Shown piece by piece: positions 61,504 to 64,000 of a stretch of 64,000 nt of DNA (position 1 is the stretch's first letter; each line of letters starts with the position of its first letter). The position numbers and the translations under genes were made by a program. Location of the stretch: NCBI GenBank assembly GCA_001600695.1, contig BCKQ01000004.1, positions 1,416,321 through 1,480,320 on the forward strand. The letters run 5' to 3'. Origin of the DNA: Ascoidea asiatica JCM 7603. Taxonomy: Eukaryota; Fungi; Ascomycota. A model generated the notes under the pieces. The model made no database searches, was not told the DNA's origin, and was given only the letters and a program-made list of their open reading frames with translations.

Positions 61504-62017
61504 TTCAGCATATAAGTTGGTAATATTATTTCGTGTATTCTTTGAATATTTACTGTATTGAACATCAAATAAATATATAAAAATAAATACAAAAAATTTA
61601 ATACTGTTTTTTATTGAGTTAATCAACCATAGTTCCAATCGTAAATAGAGTGTTTTGACGATGAGAAACAGGTCACAAACAAAGTGTTTTCAAGTCGCGG
61701 GCAAGGTTGATTTTTTCAAATAAATCACAAAATATGTTGAGAGGTATACATGCTGTTAATATCTGGAGGTGTACTATCTGTCATTGAATGATTTTTCTTC
61801 AATCACGTTTTGTTACATAATCAACATAACTTACCAATATCAAAATTTACTATTAGAAATATCCCTTTAATACAACCATTTGTGCTTTTTGTCGTACCTG
61901 TTTTATTGATTATTACCCTCCTCTAAATTAGACATTTTAAATTTGAATTTGACTAAAAATTATTTGATTTACTATACTATTGAATTGAATTTTAATAGTA
62001 ACATATACAGTAATATC

Positions 62018-62180
62018 TATTCATTATAATTAACTACTAACTTAGAATGTATATTATATAGATATGTTTCTTCGTTCCACTTTTTATTTCTTATATATTC
62101 ATTATAATTAACTACTAACTTAGAATGTATATTATATAGATATGTTTCTTTGTTCCACTTTTTATTTCTTATATATTCAT
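62018..62180. repeat. 78-bp tandem duplication (about 2.1 copies, one mismatch)
   Basis: CATTATAATTAACTACTAAC... recurs at 62022 and 62100. Confidence 0.95.
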
Positions 62181-62544
62181 AATAACACATATTCTTTTTC
62201 ATCATTTTTAACCAATTTTATTATATTGATAAATATAATATTTGAAGACTAAATTTGATATTTGCAAATTTTCGTCAAATTACCCAAAAATATTAGCTGT
62301 GTCATACAAACGGCACCCACCCACACCTCCGACAGTTGCGATGTGTTGAAAAATTTGAGCGTATTAAGAATTGTTTAGTTTTATACAACAATGCGGCATT
62401 TGATTCCTGTCTAATAAATCTTTTTGTAATCACTACAAAAGTTCTGAGCATCATGCAACATTATTAGGAACTTTGTAATTAAGTTTCCAAGATGCGGGAT
62501 CTTATTAACATTTAGTAAGAACTTTGGCAATCATGCAAAGATTA

Positions 62545-62735
62545 TAGAAAAAGTAACAAGTTTCTGGGAAATTTTACATTTTTACAAAAATGAAGAGAAT
62601 TGTACAGGATTTCATAAGAGCTGTGTAATTATTACAAAGTTCTTAGAAAAAGTAACAGGTTTCTGAGCAGTTTTACACTTTTACAAAAATGAGGAGCACC
62701 GTGCGGGATCTCATAAGAACTCTGATATGATTACA
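62545..62735. repeat. Degenerate 99-bp tandem repeat (about 2 copies, fragments upstream)
   Basis: TAGAAAAAGTAACA at 62545 and 62644; TTTTACAAAAATGA and TCATAAGA recur at the same period. Confidence 0.85.
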
Positions 62736-63439
62736 GGCTTCTCCAACATTTTAATTTTCCACTTGGAACTTTGCTACGGTAGCAAATATCCAGCAGTATT
62801 AGCCGTGATGCTGCGTACAGCTCAAGTTTGTTCTGTCAGGTGCGAGGCGGACCAATAAGTTATACTCTTACTAGATCTACTAGGTGCTAAACACGTCACA
62901 GCAGGTTGTTGGTTATTATTACCAAAACACTTAGGTTTATATTTTAGCACCCAAATAATTATTACCTTTTGAACACCGTCCATATTCAACCCTTTTTGTG
63001 TTAAAGAAGCACGTTCCAACCCGAGAGCAGAAAATCAAAAATATTTATTAAATTATTGCTATTAAAGTAATTACAAATTAAAAAGGGATAAGGTAGTACC
63101 ATTAAAATCACGAAGTTCTGCGCGCCATTTAGGTCGTGGGAACTTTAGTGCATGAGCACAGTTCGGTATCAAGATATAGGTCAAGCCAGCAATGAGGGCC
63201 AAGGTGGGCAGAGCAGCTCGGACACTCAAAGCAAGAAAACAGGACCTTCAAATGCTGCTTAGCTAAGTAGCAGTAACTATAACGGGCTTTCTACGGGAAT
63301 TGATCGCATAATGAGACGCCGGATTAAGCAGGCCTATCCGCGTCGCAGCACTAGCACCGGAGTTTTCCTGAATATGTTTTTTAGCCACAATATCAATATC
63401 ACTGAACTCAACAAAACTTAGTAACTTCTTACTGCACTT

Positions 63440-64000
63440 TTTTTTTCAAAAGCACGTGACTGTTAATAAGAGCCACATCAACCAAAAATAAAAAAGACTA
63501 CTAAAGCTATTTTTGTAAACCCTCAAATGGGATGTGTGACTTGCTCAGTATTGGTCGGCAATATCCACAAGATTCAAGTGCTGGTTGTACTGATCGATAA
63601 CCCTCGGAATAGAAACTTACGTTTGATTACCACTTTTGAAAATTTCATTAATTGAAAAATTAATTTGCCCTAAACTTTTGGTGTTTGGACGGAATTGTTT
63701 TTCACAACATTTTCATTTAGGTCATGGGCCGTACTAATCCGGAACTCAATGTTTCTGCTCATTAATGCAAAACATGCAACACCTTCATCATATTGATATC
63801 CAAGTTCGTTTCATTGTAAATCATTCTTTTTAGTTTTTATATCGGACAAGGTTTTAGCATAGGACCACTTGGATCAGTTAGTACCAGTACCCCGAATGTC
63901 AACTTTATTCTTTAACCATTGAAATAATTTAATCCAAGTAAAATGATTATCCTTATAAAAAAATGGTACCGGATTTTTAACCTCCGCCTTTAAGAAACTG
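63440..64000 (-). pseudogene. piggyBac (DDD, DDE_Tnp_1_7-type) transposase catalytic region with stops and frameshifts
   Basis: Manual minus-strand translation: FYKDNHFTWIKLFQWLKNKVDIRGTGT (DNHFT at 63937..63951), ISTAHD, IPRVIDQYNQHLNLVDIADQ (YN..DQ at 63551..63589), FLVDVALINSHVLL (63447..63488). These are the piggyBac motifs DNxFT/GT, ST.H, YN..MggVD..DQ, D.A..N.y.l in correct order. Confidence 0.88.

Larger units (their letters stand above)
61863..64000 (-). mobile_element. Decayed piggyBac-family DNA transposon (3' part; continues past window edge)
   Basis: ATAT|CCCTTTAAT-N7-TTTGTGCTTTTTGTCGTA terminus at 61863..61896 (29/34 identical to the MITE TIR) downstream of a disrupted piggyBac transposase. 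Confidence 0.82.

Noticed and set aside
62017-62205. 62-aa ORF with a 26-aa repeat
   Set aside because: By-product of the 78-bp tandem duplication in AT-rich transposon sub-terminal DNA; no recognisable domain.
62018-62735. Repeats as a CRISPR-like array or ankyrin-coding unit
   Set aside because: No repeat-spacer alternation; the 33-codon unit lacks ankyrin consensus and has stops in the frames examined.
63078-63090. TTAAAAAGGGATA as the second TIR of the large element
   Set aside because: Lacks the internal TACGACAAAAAGCACAAA motif and the ATAT flank, and lies between the transposase core and the 61863 end.
63273-63285. GTAACTATAACGG, matching the LSU rRNA / I-CeuI site
   Set aside because: Only 13 bp, with no flanking rRNA similarity; treated as chance.

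Overview
AT-rich eukaryotic DNA from a budding yeast (Saccharomycotina). Evidence: uninterrupted ORFs with clear yeast orthologues, poly-Asn (AAT)n tracts, eukaryotic Pol III tRNA genes. An Ascoidea-like lineage is a guess from composition only. The window has 18 intact protein genes: SGT2, VRL1, a ClC channel, PHO89, IAH1-like, INP54-like, BNI4, ELA1, a GH76 DFG5/DCW1 gene, an AKR, an SLC35 transporter, a cupin, and three dispersed paralogue pairs (sugar porters, secreted multicopper oxidases, APC amine/GABA permeases). It also has 15 tRNA loci, including a half tRNA-Gly and a tRNA-Tyr with a broken T-loop/B-box. Features the ORF track misses: (1) a decayed piggyBac-family transposon entering from the right edge, and a 305-bp non-autonomous MITE with perfect 43-bp TIRs; both ends begin CCCTTT and are flanked by ATAT instead of the canonical TTAA; (2) a third, pseudogenised multicopper oxidase behind a duplicated tRNA-Gly/tRNA-Arg block, suggesting tRNA genes act as local recombination/duplication anchors; (3) a gene-conversion tract between the permease paralogues; (4) readable promoter motif clusters (Rgt1, Rim101/Pho4/Crz1, GATA, Rap1).
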